NCBI GenBank assembly: GCA_963737655.1
Contig: CAVTTN010000002.1
Coordinates: forward strand, 3,008,001-3,072,000
Direction of reading: 5' to 3'
DNA: 64,000 bases
DNA from: an uncultured Planctomycetota bacterium
GTDB taxonomy: Bacteria > Planctomycetota > Planctomycetia > Isosphaerales > Isosphaeraceae
The first letter of the stretch is position 1, and the number at the start of each line of letters is the position of its first letter. The notes beneath the pieces were generated by a model. The model did no database searches. It was not told where the DNA came from and saw nothing but the letters and a program-made list of their open reading frames with translations. Positions 45,701-55,083 of the stretch are shown here, one piece after another. Made by a program: the position numbers and the translations under genes.

Positions 45701-48700
45701 CGGCCGCTCCGCCGGCCACGGACTTGCCGTTCGTCGGTCCGAAGCACGGCACGCTGGTCCTGAACGGCGACGGCTCGTTCACCTACATCCCCGCGGCGAA
45801 TTACGTCGGCGAGGACAGCTTCGTCTACTTCGCGTCCGACGGCGTCTACAGCGCGACCGATCCGAGCTCCCCGGCCGGTGCGGCCTCGGCTTACGGAGTG
45901 GTCCATCTGTTCGTCAACGCGACGTCCGAGAACCCGGTGGCGAGCGACGACTTCGTCACCACCCTGCAGAATACGGCCCTGACGTCGATCAACGTCCTGG
46001 GCAACGATTTCAGCCCCGACGGCCTTGCCCTGACGGCCGAGCTCGTGGCCGGCGCGACCCACGGGACCGCGACCCTCAACGGCGACGGCAAGACCTTCAC
46101 CTACACCCCGGACCCGGCCTTCCACGGCACCGACACCTTCACCTATCGCGCCGTGGACAGCAACGGCTACGCCAGCCCCATCACCACCGTGAGCATCGAC
46201 GTGCTCCAGGTGGACCAGAAGCCGGTGGCCAACAACGATTTCTACTCGACGAACGAGGAATCCACGCTCTTCGTGGACGCGCCGGGCGTGCTGGCCAACG
46301 ACACCGACCCCGACAACACGCCGGCCGACCCGACCGCGCAGACCCTCCGAGCGGTCCTGCTCCAGGGGCCGACGCACGGCATGCTGACCCTGTTCAACGA
46401 CGGCTCGTTCTCCTACACGCCGGACCCGCTGTTCAACAGCTCCGCCGCCAACGGCGGGGTGAAGGACAGCTTCATGTACGAGGTCTCCGACGGCCTGCTC
46501 TTCAGCGACCCGGCGACCGTCACGATCACCGTCAACGCGGTCGATCACGCCCCGATCGCCCGGGACGACGCCTATGCCTCGGCCGAGGGAGCCACGCTGA
46601 CCGTCCCCGTCACCGACGGCAAGGGAGTCGCCGTGGGCGTCCTGGCCAACGACACCGACCCGGACAACACCTCGACCAACACGGCCCCTCAGACCCTGAC
46701 CGCCGTGATCCTCAGCCAGCCTCTGCACGGGACCCTGGCCCTCGCCGCCAACGGCTCGTTCGTCTACACGCCGACCGATACCTCCTTCAGCGGCACGGAC
46801 TCGTTCACGTACCGGGCCTTCGACGGGACCCTGTACAGCGATCCGGCCACGGTCAACCTCTTCATCAGCTCCGTGAACCACGCCCCGGTGGCCGTCGCCG
46901 ACGCCTTCATCACGAACGAGGACGTCCCCCTGGTCGTCGCGGCCCCGGGCGTCCTCGGCAACGATTCGGACCCGGATAACACCCCGGCCGACCCGACCGC
47001 GCAGACCCTCAGCGCGATCCTGATCCAGGGCCCGGAGCACGGCACGATCGCCCTGGCGGCCGACGGTTCGTTCACCTACACCCCGGACCCGAACTACAAC
47101 AACGACGGCAAGAACACCGACTTCTTCACCTATCAGGTCTCCGACGGCCAGCTCCTCAGCGGGGTGGTTCGGGTCGACCTGACCGTCAACCCCGTCGCCG
47201 ACGCTCCGACGGCCGTGCCAAGCAGCTATACCGGGATCGAGGACACGAACCTGGTCGTCCCGGCCCCGGGTATCCTTCTGGGCTCGACCAACGTGGACGG
47301 CGGGACCCCGACGATCGTCCTCGACAACGGCCCGCAGCACGGGGCGTTCCTGGGCGGGGCGATCAACGCCAACGGCTCGTTCACCTACATCCCGAATCCG
47401 AACTACAACGGCACCGACAGCTTCACCTACCACCTGCTCAACCCGACCTCGGGCCTGACCAGCGATCCGGTGACCGTCACGCTGACTCTCCTGGCCACCC
47501 CCGACGCCCCGGTGGGGGTGCCCGACCCGATCGGGCCGGCGGGGTCGGCGTACACGACCCTCGAGAACGTGCCGCTGGTCGTCAACGACGGCGGCGTCCT
47601 GGCCAACGACATCAACGTCGACGGCGACGCGCTCCACGCCCAGCTCGTCACCGGGCCGGCGCACGGCAGCGTGGTCCTCAACAGCGACGGGACGTTCACC
47701 TACACGCCCGCCCCGTACTACAACGGGCCGGACAGCTTCACCTACGTCCCGGTCAACACCTCGCTGGCGGGGATGCCGACGCTGGTGAACCTCTCGGTGG
47801 TCGCGGTGCCGACGACGCCGACGGCCGTCGGCGACAGCTACTCGACCCTGGAGGACACGGCGCTGACGCCGGCCGCGCCGGGCGTCCTGGTCAACGACAC
47901 GTTCCCCGACGGTGCGCCGACGATCACGGTGGACAACCTCCCTCAGCACGGGACGCTGACCGGCGGGATCATCAACGCCAACGGCACGTTCACCTACACC
48001 CCGGCGGCCAACTATCACGGGCCGGACAGCTTCACCTATCACCTGACCAACGCCTCGGGAGAGACGAGCGCGTCGGTCACGGTCTCCCTGACGGTGATCT
48101 CGGTCCCCGACGCCCCGGTGGGGGTGCCCGACCCGATCGGGCCGGCGGGGTCGGCGTACACGACCCTCGAGAACGTGCCGCTGGTCGTCAACGACGGCGG
48201 CGTCCTGGCCAACGACATCAACGTCGACGGCGACGCGCTCCACGCCCAGCTCGTCACCGGGCCGGCGCACGGCAGCGTGGTCCTCAACAGCGACGGGACG
48301 TTCACCTACACGCCCGCCCCGTACTACAACGGGCCGGACAGCTTCACCTACGTCCCGGTCAACACCTCGCTGGCGGGGATGCCGACGCTGGTGAACCTCT
48401 CGGTGGTCGCGGTGCCGACGACGCCGACGGCCGTCGGCGACAGCTACTCGACCCTGGAGGACACGGCGCTGACGCCGGCCGCGCCGGGCGTCCTGGTCAA
48501 CGACACGTTCCCCGACGGTGCGCCGACGATCACGGTGGACAACCTCCCCCAGCACGGGACGCTGACCGGCGGGATCGTCAACGCCAACGGCACGTTCACC
48601 TACACCCCGGCGGCCAACTACTTCGGCCCGGACAGCTTCACCTATCACCTGACCAACGCCGCGGGCCAGACCAGCCCGTCGGTCACGGTCTCCCTGACGG

Positions 48701-50835
48701 TGATCGCCGTGGCCGACGCCCCGGTGGCCATGGACGACTCCTTCCAGACCCTGGAAGACACCCCGCTGGCGGTCAACGACTCCGGGGTCCTGGCCAACGA
48801 CACCAACGTGGACAAGGACACGCTCCACGCCAAGCTGGCCAAGGGGCCGCTGCACGGCAGCGTGGTCCTGAACAGCGACGGGACGTTCACCTACACGCCG
48901 TCGCTGAACTACAACGGGTCGGACTCGTTCACCTATTACGCGGTGAACACGTCCCTCTCCAGCGCCACCCCGGCGACCGTCACGATCGACGTGGTGGCCG
49001 TCCCCGACGCCCCCACGGCGGCCAACGACAGCTACTCGCTGCTGGAGGACACGACCCTGACCGTGCCCGCGCCGGGCATCCTCCTGAACGACACGAACGT
49101 GGACGGCGGGCTGCCGACCATCAGCATCGATAACGGGACGCTCCACGGCGGCCTGAACGTCGGCACCGACGGCAAGGTCACCTACGTCCCGATGCCGAAC
49201 TATTTCGGCACCGACAGCTTCACCTACCACCTGACCAACGCGGCCTCCGGGCTCACCAGCGGCACGGCGACGGTCACCCTGACGATCCTCCCGGTGCCCG
49301 ACGCCCCGGTGGCCATCAATGATGCCTATCAGACCAACGAGGACGTCCCGCTGGTCGTCAACGACTCGGGCGTCCTGGCCAACGACATCAACGTCGACAA
49401 GGACACGCTCCACGCCCAGCTCATCAACGGGCCGGTCCACGGCAGCGTGGTCCTGAACACCGACGGGACGTTCACCTACACCCCCGACCCGAACTACAAC
49501 GGGACGGACACGTTCACGTACCTCGCCGTGAACACCTCGCTGCCCAGCGCCTCGACGGCCACGGTGACGATCACCGTCCTGCCCGTCAACGATGCCCCGG
49601 TGGCGAACCCGGACACCTACAACACCGAGGAAAACCAGACGCTGACGATCCCGGCCCCCGGGGTCCTCGGCAACGATTCCGACGTGGAAGGGCCGGACAT
49701 CACGGCGGTCCTCGTCAACACGACCCAGCACGGGACGCTGTCTCTCAAGGCCGACGGCTCATTCGTCTACGTGCCCAACCCCGAGTTTACCGGAGTCGAT
49801 ACGTTCACCTACCGGGCGTTCGACGGCCAGCTCTACAGCCCGGTGACCACCGTCACGATCAACGTGGCGATGATCCCCGTGACCACGGTCATGCTCGACC
49901 CGGCCAGCGACACCGGGGTCTCGAACACCGACCGGATCACCAACGACACCACCCCGACGTTCTACGGGACGACCCGTCCCGACCTGACCGTCAAGCTCTA
50001 CGCCCAGCCGCTCGGCTCGTCCTCCGCCCCGATGCTCGTCGGGACGACCACGGCCGACGCCTTCGGCAACTACCGGGTGACCTCGAGCGCCCTGCCCGAC
50101 GGCCAGTATGCGTTCTCCGTGAACGTGTTCCGGCCCGACGGACTCCAGACCGGCGTGGCGATCAGCGGCGGAGACCTCCTGATCGACACCGTGGCCCCGC
50201 GGGTCCAGGGCGTCCAACTCGACCCGAAGACCGGCCAGGTCTACGTCGTCTACATCGACCAGGGTGGGGCGGGCATGGGCCAGGCGTCGATCACCGACGT
50301 CGCCAACTACGCCTTCGATAAGCTCTACACCCACGCCCCCCGCGCCTTCGCCGTCAGCAGCGTGACGGGCCTCAACAACAACATCGGATCGCCGACGGCC
50401 CCGCAGACCGTGGTGGTCAACGTGTTCAAGGGCAAGGGCCTGAAGCACGGTCGCTACCTCTTCGGGATCGTCTCCGGCGGCGTGACCGACGTGGCGGGCA
50501 ACCCGCTCGACGGCGAGTTCGTCAACGGCTTCCCCTCGGGCGACGGCGTCCCGGGCGGGAACTTCCAGTCCGAGTTCCTCAACAACGGCCACGACATCGT
50601 CAACGCGACGAATAGCGGTCAGTTCGTGCCCATCTTCTCGGCCTCGGCCGGCAAGGCGCCGAACATCGGCTACACCATCGGCAAGACGCCCACGGCCGTC
50701 CCGTCCGGGCCGGTGACGGCGGCGAGCGCTAAGAAGGGCCCCACGGCCAAGGCGGCCCGGGTCGTCAAGCAGGCGTCGGTCTCGCCGAGCGTCCACAAGC
50801 TGTCGGTCGCCCATCGGGCCCGCAAGGGCCGCTGA
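42724..50835 (+). CDS. Giant surface adhesin: LExRxLL motif, autotransporter-associated beta-strand repeats, tandem Ig/cadherin-like (Big_9) domains
   Basis: EDLEARRLLA; KNGTGTLSF..NTYAG, GGGTLTLTGANTFTG; many PVAxDDxY..GVLAND..HGT..DGSFTYTP..GTDSFTY units; SDTGVSNTDRITNDTTPTF. Confidence 0.92.
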   Translation: MSRDSKSGLFTRSSRGRTTTRRASPAKRLAFGLSPKIEDLEARRLLATLTWTGTLAAGNGAMNMFDSGTNNVSTNWDTNTFPVSGDTLVFPDAAQYKGPIVNDTAADTPYVLHFTGSGFTINGNEIVLATSASLKDMSTTTPLNTLATPLQLEANPTITVSTTGHTLSLTGAISQSGGTFGLAKNGTGTLSFDGSAVNTYAGNTAILNGILQVDRTVAGAAIPGASPLVIGSGSNGVSTAQLVVPSTATTTQFGSGLVATIHTDGHLEIDSASSETLASLTEDGQASVNLGNASKTSGLSLGTLSSSATTSQISSSGGVLSLNGKVSALTGATTISADVELNNAARSIVVSTGASLTISGVISDGTVTPSGFALTGGGTLTLTGANTFTGTANDSASTLALAQAGGFPSLLGPLVVGGASGLVTATGGQLSSGQPLTVNTGGTFRLLGAATEDATPISVTGTLDTGTDPTASIGATGLMLNGGAKVIGSGTLSLLGDLTVTGGTAAISSLVQLNDPARLFSIATGATLNASGVISDGSTSPSGILQSGGGKLVLSGANTYTGTTEVLTGTLSLANPTGTSILGPLVVGDPTTTTSALATSSGGQIAVGEPLTVNSGATFRLKNGSESLGATTVTAGTITINGTSLALTPGSLLTVNGGTIGGTGALLLAENVTSDGTYGPSTISAASVVLASPSTTFTVLPGAATSTGDLIISSPISDGTPPFSSLIKAGTGRLVLTGASTYSDVTRPDGTSVTGGVLEVDGSITSNVLLDGGTLAGTGTVGNVTFATPTIIDPGTTPGSNGTLTVNNLHLDSTDTYHVDINAGGNDEIIVKGTVILDPPVLDIALNFDPALGQVFTLIDNLGTDPIDGTFLVKTTNTSNVSVDVPFKQIDANRYLLNPSADPTILRGTQFILNYAGGTGNDLTLMVVAPPVAVDDSYALPENAGQPGNSPSSPPVFTVPAFAGVLANDVDTNHLGLQAQLVSPPYQPPGSNPAAPPATDLPFVGPKHGTLVLNGDGSFTYIPAANYVGEDSFVYFASDGVYSATDPSSPAGAASAYGVVHLFVNATSENPVASDDFVTTLQNTALTSINVLGNDFSPDGLALTAELVAGATHGTATLNGDGKTFTYTPDPAFHGTDTFTYRAVDSNGYASPITTVSIDVLQVDQKPVANNDFYSTNEESTLFVDAPGVLANDTDPDNTPADPTAQTLRAVLLQGPTHGMLTLFNDGSFSYTPDPLFNSSAANGGVKDSFMYEVSDGLLFSDPATVTITVNAVDHAPIARDDAYASAEGATLTVPVTDGKGVAVGVLANDTDPDNTSTNTAPQTLTAVILSQPLHGTLALAANGSFVYTPTDTSFSGTDSFTYRAFDGTLYSDPATVNLFISSVNHAPVAVADAFITNEDVPLVVAAPGVLGNDSDPDNTPADPTAQTLSAILIQGPEHGTIALAADGSFTYTPDPNYNNDGKNTDFFTYQVSDGQLLSGVVRVDLTVNPVADAPTAVPSSYTGIEDTNLVVPAPGILLGSTNVDGGTPTIVLDNGPQHGAFLGGAINANGSFTYIPNPNYNGTDSFTYHLLNPTSGLTSDPVTVTLTLLATPDAPVGVPDPIGPAGSAYTTLENVPLVVNDGGVLANDINVDGDALHAQLVTGPAHGSVVLNSDGTFTYTPAPYYNGPDSFTYVPVNTSLAGMPTLVNLSVVAVPTTPTAVGDSYSTLEDTALTPAAPGVLVNDTFPDGAPTITVDNLPQHGTLTGGIINANGTFTYTPAANYHGPDSFTYHLTNASGETSASVTVSLTVISVPDAPVGVPDPIGPAGSAYTTLENVPLVVNDGGVLANDINVDGDALHAQLVTGPAHGSVVLNSDGTFTYTPAPYYNGPDSFTYVPVNTSLAGMPTLVNLSVVAVPTTPTAVGDSYSTLEDTALTPAAPGVLVNDTFPDGAPTITVDNLPQHGTLTGGIVNANGTFTYTPAANYFGPDSFTYHLTNAAGQTSPSVTVSLTVIAVADAPVAMDDSFQTLEDTPLAVNDSGVLANDTNVDKDTLHAKLAKGPLHGSVVLNSDGTFTYTPSLNYNGSDSFTYYAVNTSLSSATPATVTIDVVAVPDAPTAANDSYSLLEDTTLTVPAPGILLNDTNVDGGLPTISIDNGTLHGGLNVGTDGKVTYVPMPNYFGTDSFTYHLTNAASGLTSGTATVTLTILPVPDAPVAINDAYQTNEDVPLVVNDSGVLANDINVDKDTLHAQLINGPVHGSVVLNTDGTFTYTPDPNYNGTDTFTYLAVNTSLPSASTATVTITVLPVNDAPVANPDTYNTEENQTLTIPAPGVLGNDSDVEGPDITAVLVNTTQHGTLSLKADGSFVYVPNPEFTGVDTFTYRAFDGQLYSPVTTVTINVAMIPVTTVMLDPASDTGVSNTDRITNDTTPTFYGTTRPDLTVKLYAQPLGSSSAPMLVGTTTADAFGNYRVTSSALPDGQYAFSVNVFRPDGLQTGVAISGGDLLIDTVAPRVQGVQLDPKTGQVYVVYIDQGGAGMGQASITDVANYAFDKLYTHAPRAFAVSSVTGLNNNIGSPTAPQTVVVNVFKGKGLKHGRYLFGIVSGGVTDVAGNPLDGEFVNGFPSGDGVPGGNFQSEFLNNGHDIVNATNSGQFVPIFSASAGKAPNIGYTIGKTPTAVPSGPVTAASAKKGPTAKAARVVKQASVSPSVHKLSVAHRARKGR
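47499..48710 (+). repeat. Near-identical 606-bp tandem duplication (two Ig domains) inside the adhesin
   Basis: CCGACGCCCCGGTGGGGGTGCCCGACCCG at 47501 and 48107; the copies match almost base for base to about 48660. Confidence 0.93.
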
Positions 50836-50864
50836 TCCGGGCGAATCGTCCGCGACAACCCCTC

Positions 50865-50913
50865 CCGAGGCCCCGCACCGCCCCACCGGCGGGGCGGGGC
50901 CTCGGCTTTTTTT
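50865..50913 (+). terminator. Rho-independent terminator
   Basis: CCGAGGCCCCGC...GCGGGGCCTCGG stem followed by a run of 7 T. Confidence 0.88.
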
Positions 50914-51145
50914 GCCATCCCGTTGGACGGGGAGTTCGTTTGCGATCCATGAGGCTTGACGCCCCTTCGATCGTCAGGATCGGTCCGCCCGTCAAATTGG
51001 ACAAGCCAGCGGTTACCCGTGCCGATAAGTATGCCTGGAGACTCTCCCCCCCTCGATCTCCATTCGTCGATCAGCCAGGCCCCTGCTCGCGGGGGGCGGT
51101 CGGCGAGGTTCCTGGATCGGTGCCCAGGGCGAGCGGATGGCTTGA

Positions 51146-52849
51146 ATGTATGCTCATGTTTTATGGAAACGGGTCGCGGGATCGTGGATCGCCTCGGGCT
51201 TGATCCTTGGGGCTTCGGCCGGAACAGCCCGATCGGACGACGAGAACGGGACTCAGACGCCGCCGCCGGACGTCCCCGCGCAGGCGCCTGCTCTGGAAGA
51301 ACGACTCCGTCGGCTCGAAGAGGTCAACCGCAAGCTCCTCGACCAGTTCGAGAAGGTCTCTTCGCAGAACGAGGCCCTCTCCAAGAAGGTCCAGGACCTG
51401 TCGAAAAAGCTCTCCGACGAGGAAAAAAAGGACAAGGAGAAGGCCGAGAAAGACAAGCAGGCCAAGGACGGCAAGGACAAGGAGAAAGACGACAAAGAGG
51501 AGAAAGAGAAGTCCGAAGGGGGCTCGGGCGGGAGCGGCGGCTCCGGCGGAGGGTCGTCGAGCGGATCGGGCGGGGCCAAGAAGCGAGAGGCCCAGGACGT
51601 CGGCAACCGTCACCTCGGCAAGGCCAAGCTGAAATCGTATTACGACTACGACCGCACCGGATACGAATTCGCCACCGAGGACGACGAGTTGCGTCTCCGC
51701 TTCCGAGGCATGGTCCAGGCCGATGCCCGGATCTATCAGCAGGCGAATCAGGACCCCGTCAACGGCGGCTTCTTCCTTCCTCGGACCCGGTTCTATTTCG
51801 ATGGCCGGATCACCAAGCCCATCGAGTATCAGCTCTCGATCCAGAGGGGCTACACCAGCCTGGACGTCCTGAATGCCTATCTCGATTTCAAGTACGACGA
51901 ACGATTCCAGCTCCGCGCCGGCCGTTTCAAGACTCCGTATACTTACGAATACTATAAAATCAATGTCTACAACCTCCTGGCCCCGGAACGCTCGCTCTTC
52001 AACGTGAATTTCCAGGGGAATCGCCAGGTCGGCCTGATGGCCCACGGCCAGGTCTTCAACAAGAAATTGGAGTACGCGGTCGGGGCGTTCGACGGCCCCC
52101 GAAAGTCGTACGCGGACACGAACAACTCGCCCGATGTGATCGCGTTCCTGAACTTTCGGCCGTTCGACGGGTCGGGGTCGTTCCTCGAGAACCTGAACGT
52201 CGGCGGCTCGGTCGATTTCGGCAACGAGAACAACCCGACGAACCCGGCCGTCCTGCGGACCTCGGTCCAGGAGTCGTCCGGCAATGCGTCGAGCGCCAAC
52301 GCGGGAGTGCCCATCCTGGCGTTCAACCAGGGGGTCCGCGAGAGGGGGGATCGTGCGCTCTGGGACCTCCACGCGGTCTATTATTACAAGGGCCTGAGCC
52401 TCCTGGGATCGTGGGATGGCGGGTTCGCCGATTATGCCGTCTCGGGGACCGGCCGGAGTCCCGTCCACCTGCCGGTCGGCGGCTATTATGTGCAGGCCGG
52501 CTACATCCTCACCGGCGAGACGATCAATGAACGGACCATGATCGACCCGCTCCACCCCTTCGACCTTCGACCCGGCAAGTTCGGCCTCGGGGCGTTCGAG
52601 GCGACGGCCCGGTTCAGCGAGCTCTCGCTCGGCAAGTAGGTTTTCACCCAGGGACTGGCCGACCCGAACCTCTGGACCAACCAGGCGTCGATGGTCGATG
52701 TCGGCATGAACTGGTATCTGAACCGGTTCGTGAAACTCTACTTCGACTGGGAACACGTGATGTTCGACCAGCCGGTCTATTACCGTCCTGGTCCGGCCCT
52801 CCAGAAGACCAGCGACCTGTTCTGGCTGAGGCTCCAGCTTTACTTCTAG
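51146..52849 (+). CDS. OprO/OprP-family porin with an in-frame TAG at 52637-52639 (pseudogene or sequence error)
   Basis: Coiled-coil N-terminus; LPRTRFYFDG, RAGRFKTPYTYE, ERSLF; 69 more in-frame codons after the TAG end in GMNWYLN..LFWLRLQLYF. Confidence 0.85.
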
Positions 52850-52903
52850 GCCCGGGTCCAGGGATCGGGCCGGAACCGTCCCACTTCGCGGGGAGGAGGT
52901 CCG

Positions 52904-54292
52904 ATGGGTCGGTCGCAATCGAGGGGGGCGCCGCCGGCTCGGCCGTTCGCCGAGGCCGTCGAGGGGCGACGGCTCCCCAGCTCGGGGCCCCTCCCCGCGG
53001 GTCTGACCCATGTGGAGAGGCCCAACGTGCCGGTGGCCCCGTATTCGGCATCGTCCGATGGCGCCAGCTTCATCGACCCGTCCGCGAACGTCGCCAATGG
53101 GAATCGCGTGGTGATCGGCCGGGATTCGCTGGTCGCTCCCTTCGCCGTGCTGGATGGCCGTCGGGGCGTGGTCGGGATCGGCAGCTATTCGGCCGTCCTC
53201 GACAATGCCCACCTCCTGACCGGCCCCGGCGACGGCGTCCCCTCCGGCCGGATCAACGTCGGGGACTCGGTCGAGGTCGGTTCCGGGGCCACGATCCGGG
53301 GCGGGTCGGTCCTGGGCGCGTTCGCGTCCCAGAACGGGGACCAGGCGGTCTCGCCGGTCGGGATCGGTTCCAATGCCCTGGTCGATGGCGCCACGATCCA
53401 GCCCGGCGCGATCGTGTCGAGTCTGGCGAGGGTCGGTCCCGGCGTGACGGTCCCCTCCGGGATGGTCGTCCTCCCGGGCGCGGACGTGACCACCGAAGCC
53501 CAGGCGACCGACCCGGCCCTCGGCCAGGTCCGCAAGGCCACCGCCGCGGATCTCTCCGACCTCGGCCTGAACCTGGCGCACGACAACGCCCTGGCCCTGG
53601 GCTATGCGAAGCTCTACCGGGGCAATTCCTCGACGGGCTCGTCGCCCGGCGCGAGATCGGGTGTCAGCGGGGTGGATAGCGGCGACCTCACGACCGTCGA
53701 GGGGACCAGTCCCGAACCGGGATCGACCAACGGCGTCACGTTCGAGCCGTCCAAACCGACCGGCCCGACCTTCCCCGACCGCGCGGGCCAGGCCGTCCAG
53801 GGACTCTTCGCCGCGTTTCCCGGCCGGGCTACGGGCAAGGCGACCTTCAAGGTCGCGGCCCGCAAGGTCGCGAAGGGACAGGGCGGCTCGGACTCGATCC
53901 GGGCCGACGACGGCCAGCCGATCCAGTTCGCCTCGGCGCCTCAACTCGGGCGAGGGGTGACGATCCGTTCCCCGGCGGCGATCGAAGGGAATGGATCTTC
54001 CGCAGGGTCCGGCAAGATCTCCATCGGCAAGGGATTTCAGGCGGGCGACGGATCGGTCCTGCTCGGCGGTGATCCCTCGGCCACCGCCTCGCGTTCGTGG
54101 AGCGTGACCCTGGGCGACTCGGTGACGATCGGGGCCGGGGCGGTCGTCGAGGGCTCCTCCCTCGGCTCGGGAGCGACGATCGGGCCGAGGGCTCTCGTGC
54201 TCGATTCGGAGGTCCCTGCCGGCGCGACCATCCCCCCCGGCGAGATCCTGATCGATGGCAAGGCCCAGGGGACCGTCGGATGGTCTCCCTGA
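52904..54292 (+). CDS. Hexapeptide-repeat left-handed beta-helix protein (gamma-carbonic anhydrase / acetyltransferase-like)
   Basis: FIDPSANV..VVIGRDSLVAPFAVL..VGIGSYSAVLDNA; second block VTLGDSVTIGAGAVV; EAVEGRRLPS motif. Confidence 0.7.
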   Translation: MGRSQSRGAPPARPFAEAVEGRRLPSSGPLPAGLTHVERPNVPVAPYSASSDGASFIDPSANVANGNRVVIGRDSLVAPFAVLDGRRGVVGIGSYSAVLDNAHLLTGPGDGVPSGRINVGDSVEVGSGATIRGGSVLGAFASQNGDQAVSPVGIGSNALVDGATIQPGAIVSSLARVGPGVTVPSGMVVLPGADVTTEAQATDPALGQVRKATAADLSDLGLNLAHDNALALGYAKLYRGNSSTGSSPGARSGVSGVDSGDLTTVEGTSPEPGSTNGVTFEPSKPTGPTFPDRAGQAVQGLFAAFPGRATGKATFKVAARKVAKGQGGSDSIRADDGQPIQFASAPQLGRGVTIRSPAAIEGNGSSAGSGKISIGKGFQAGDGSVLLGGDPSATASRSWSVTLGDSVTIGAGAVVEGSSLGSGATIGPRALVLDSEVPAGATIPPGEILIDGKAQGTVGWSP

Positions 54293-54354
54293 GGCGACCC
54301 CAGAACTCCTCCAATTCCGGGAAGAGAGCCATGAGCCGATCGCGGACCGACCGT

Positions 54355-54903
54355 CGACCCGCCTTCGACACGACCGACCCAGTGCTTGGCGCAGGCAACC
54401 ACGCGATCGGGCCGGCCCAGGTCTTCCCATCGCGGGTCGCGACCGATCCCGACCATCGGCGCGAACGTCTAGCGAACGCCTCGCGACGAGGCCTCCTCGG
54501 CGGCGATCCGCGACGCCGTCTCGAGGCTCGCCGGGTCCCAGGATGAGGCCATCTCGAGCGGGACCGGGAAAATCGTCCGATAGCCGTGGGTCACGTCGAA
54601 TCCAAACAAGAGCGGCACTCGCGACGGCGACTCCTCGACGGCCACCTTCTGTGCCCGATTGGCGTGTTCGACCCCCCGGACGTTGAGGAATGACCCGATT
54701 TTCCCCCGGCGGACAAGGTCGAGCTGCCCCTCCATCGAGGCGCCGGTCTCTCCCTTGCCGCTCACCTGTTCGAGCTGGCCGACCCTCTCCTCGAGGGTCA
54801 TCCGGCGCAGGAGGGCGTCCATCCTCTCGTCGATCTCGTCCCCGCGAGCCGGGGCGAAAGACCCAAGCCCGGCGAGGATCGCCATCAGGAACGGGACTCG
54901 CAT
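54355..54903 (-). pseudogene. Remnant of a GH3 beta-glucosidase (BglX-like)
   Basis: MTLEERVGQL, LFGFDVTHGYRTIFPVPL..ASSWDP, GVR*TFAPMV..RDPRW (TAG at the conserved Trp), then directly ACAKHWVG; the rest is missing. Confidence 0.85.
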
Positions 54904-55083
54904 CGGGAACTCCGTCCGGGGCCCTTCACGTCGAACCCGCCGAGGGAACGTTCCCCGACGACCCATCGGCCTGGCTCCGGAGCAAGCGACGGGCCGTTCT
55001 CCCGCGGGCGAGGCCGTGATAACATGGTCAGAGAGACATTTCGAGTTGGCCCATCGTTTCGCCCAGCTCCCGGGAACCTACCG

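Noticed and set aside
42718..49731. 2337-aa minus-strand ORF and other long shadow ORFs (e.g. 4329-7082, 32483-33682, 51161-54430)
   Set aside because: Antisense or off-frame shadows of real high-GC genes, Arg/Gly/Pro-rich with no motifs
52637..54471. Amber recoding suggested by two nearby in-frame TAGs
   Set aside because: TAG ends intact genes here (tfuA, hppD, hmgA, the porin itself), and the GH3 gene is independently decayed
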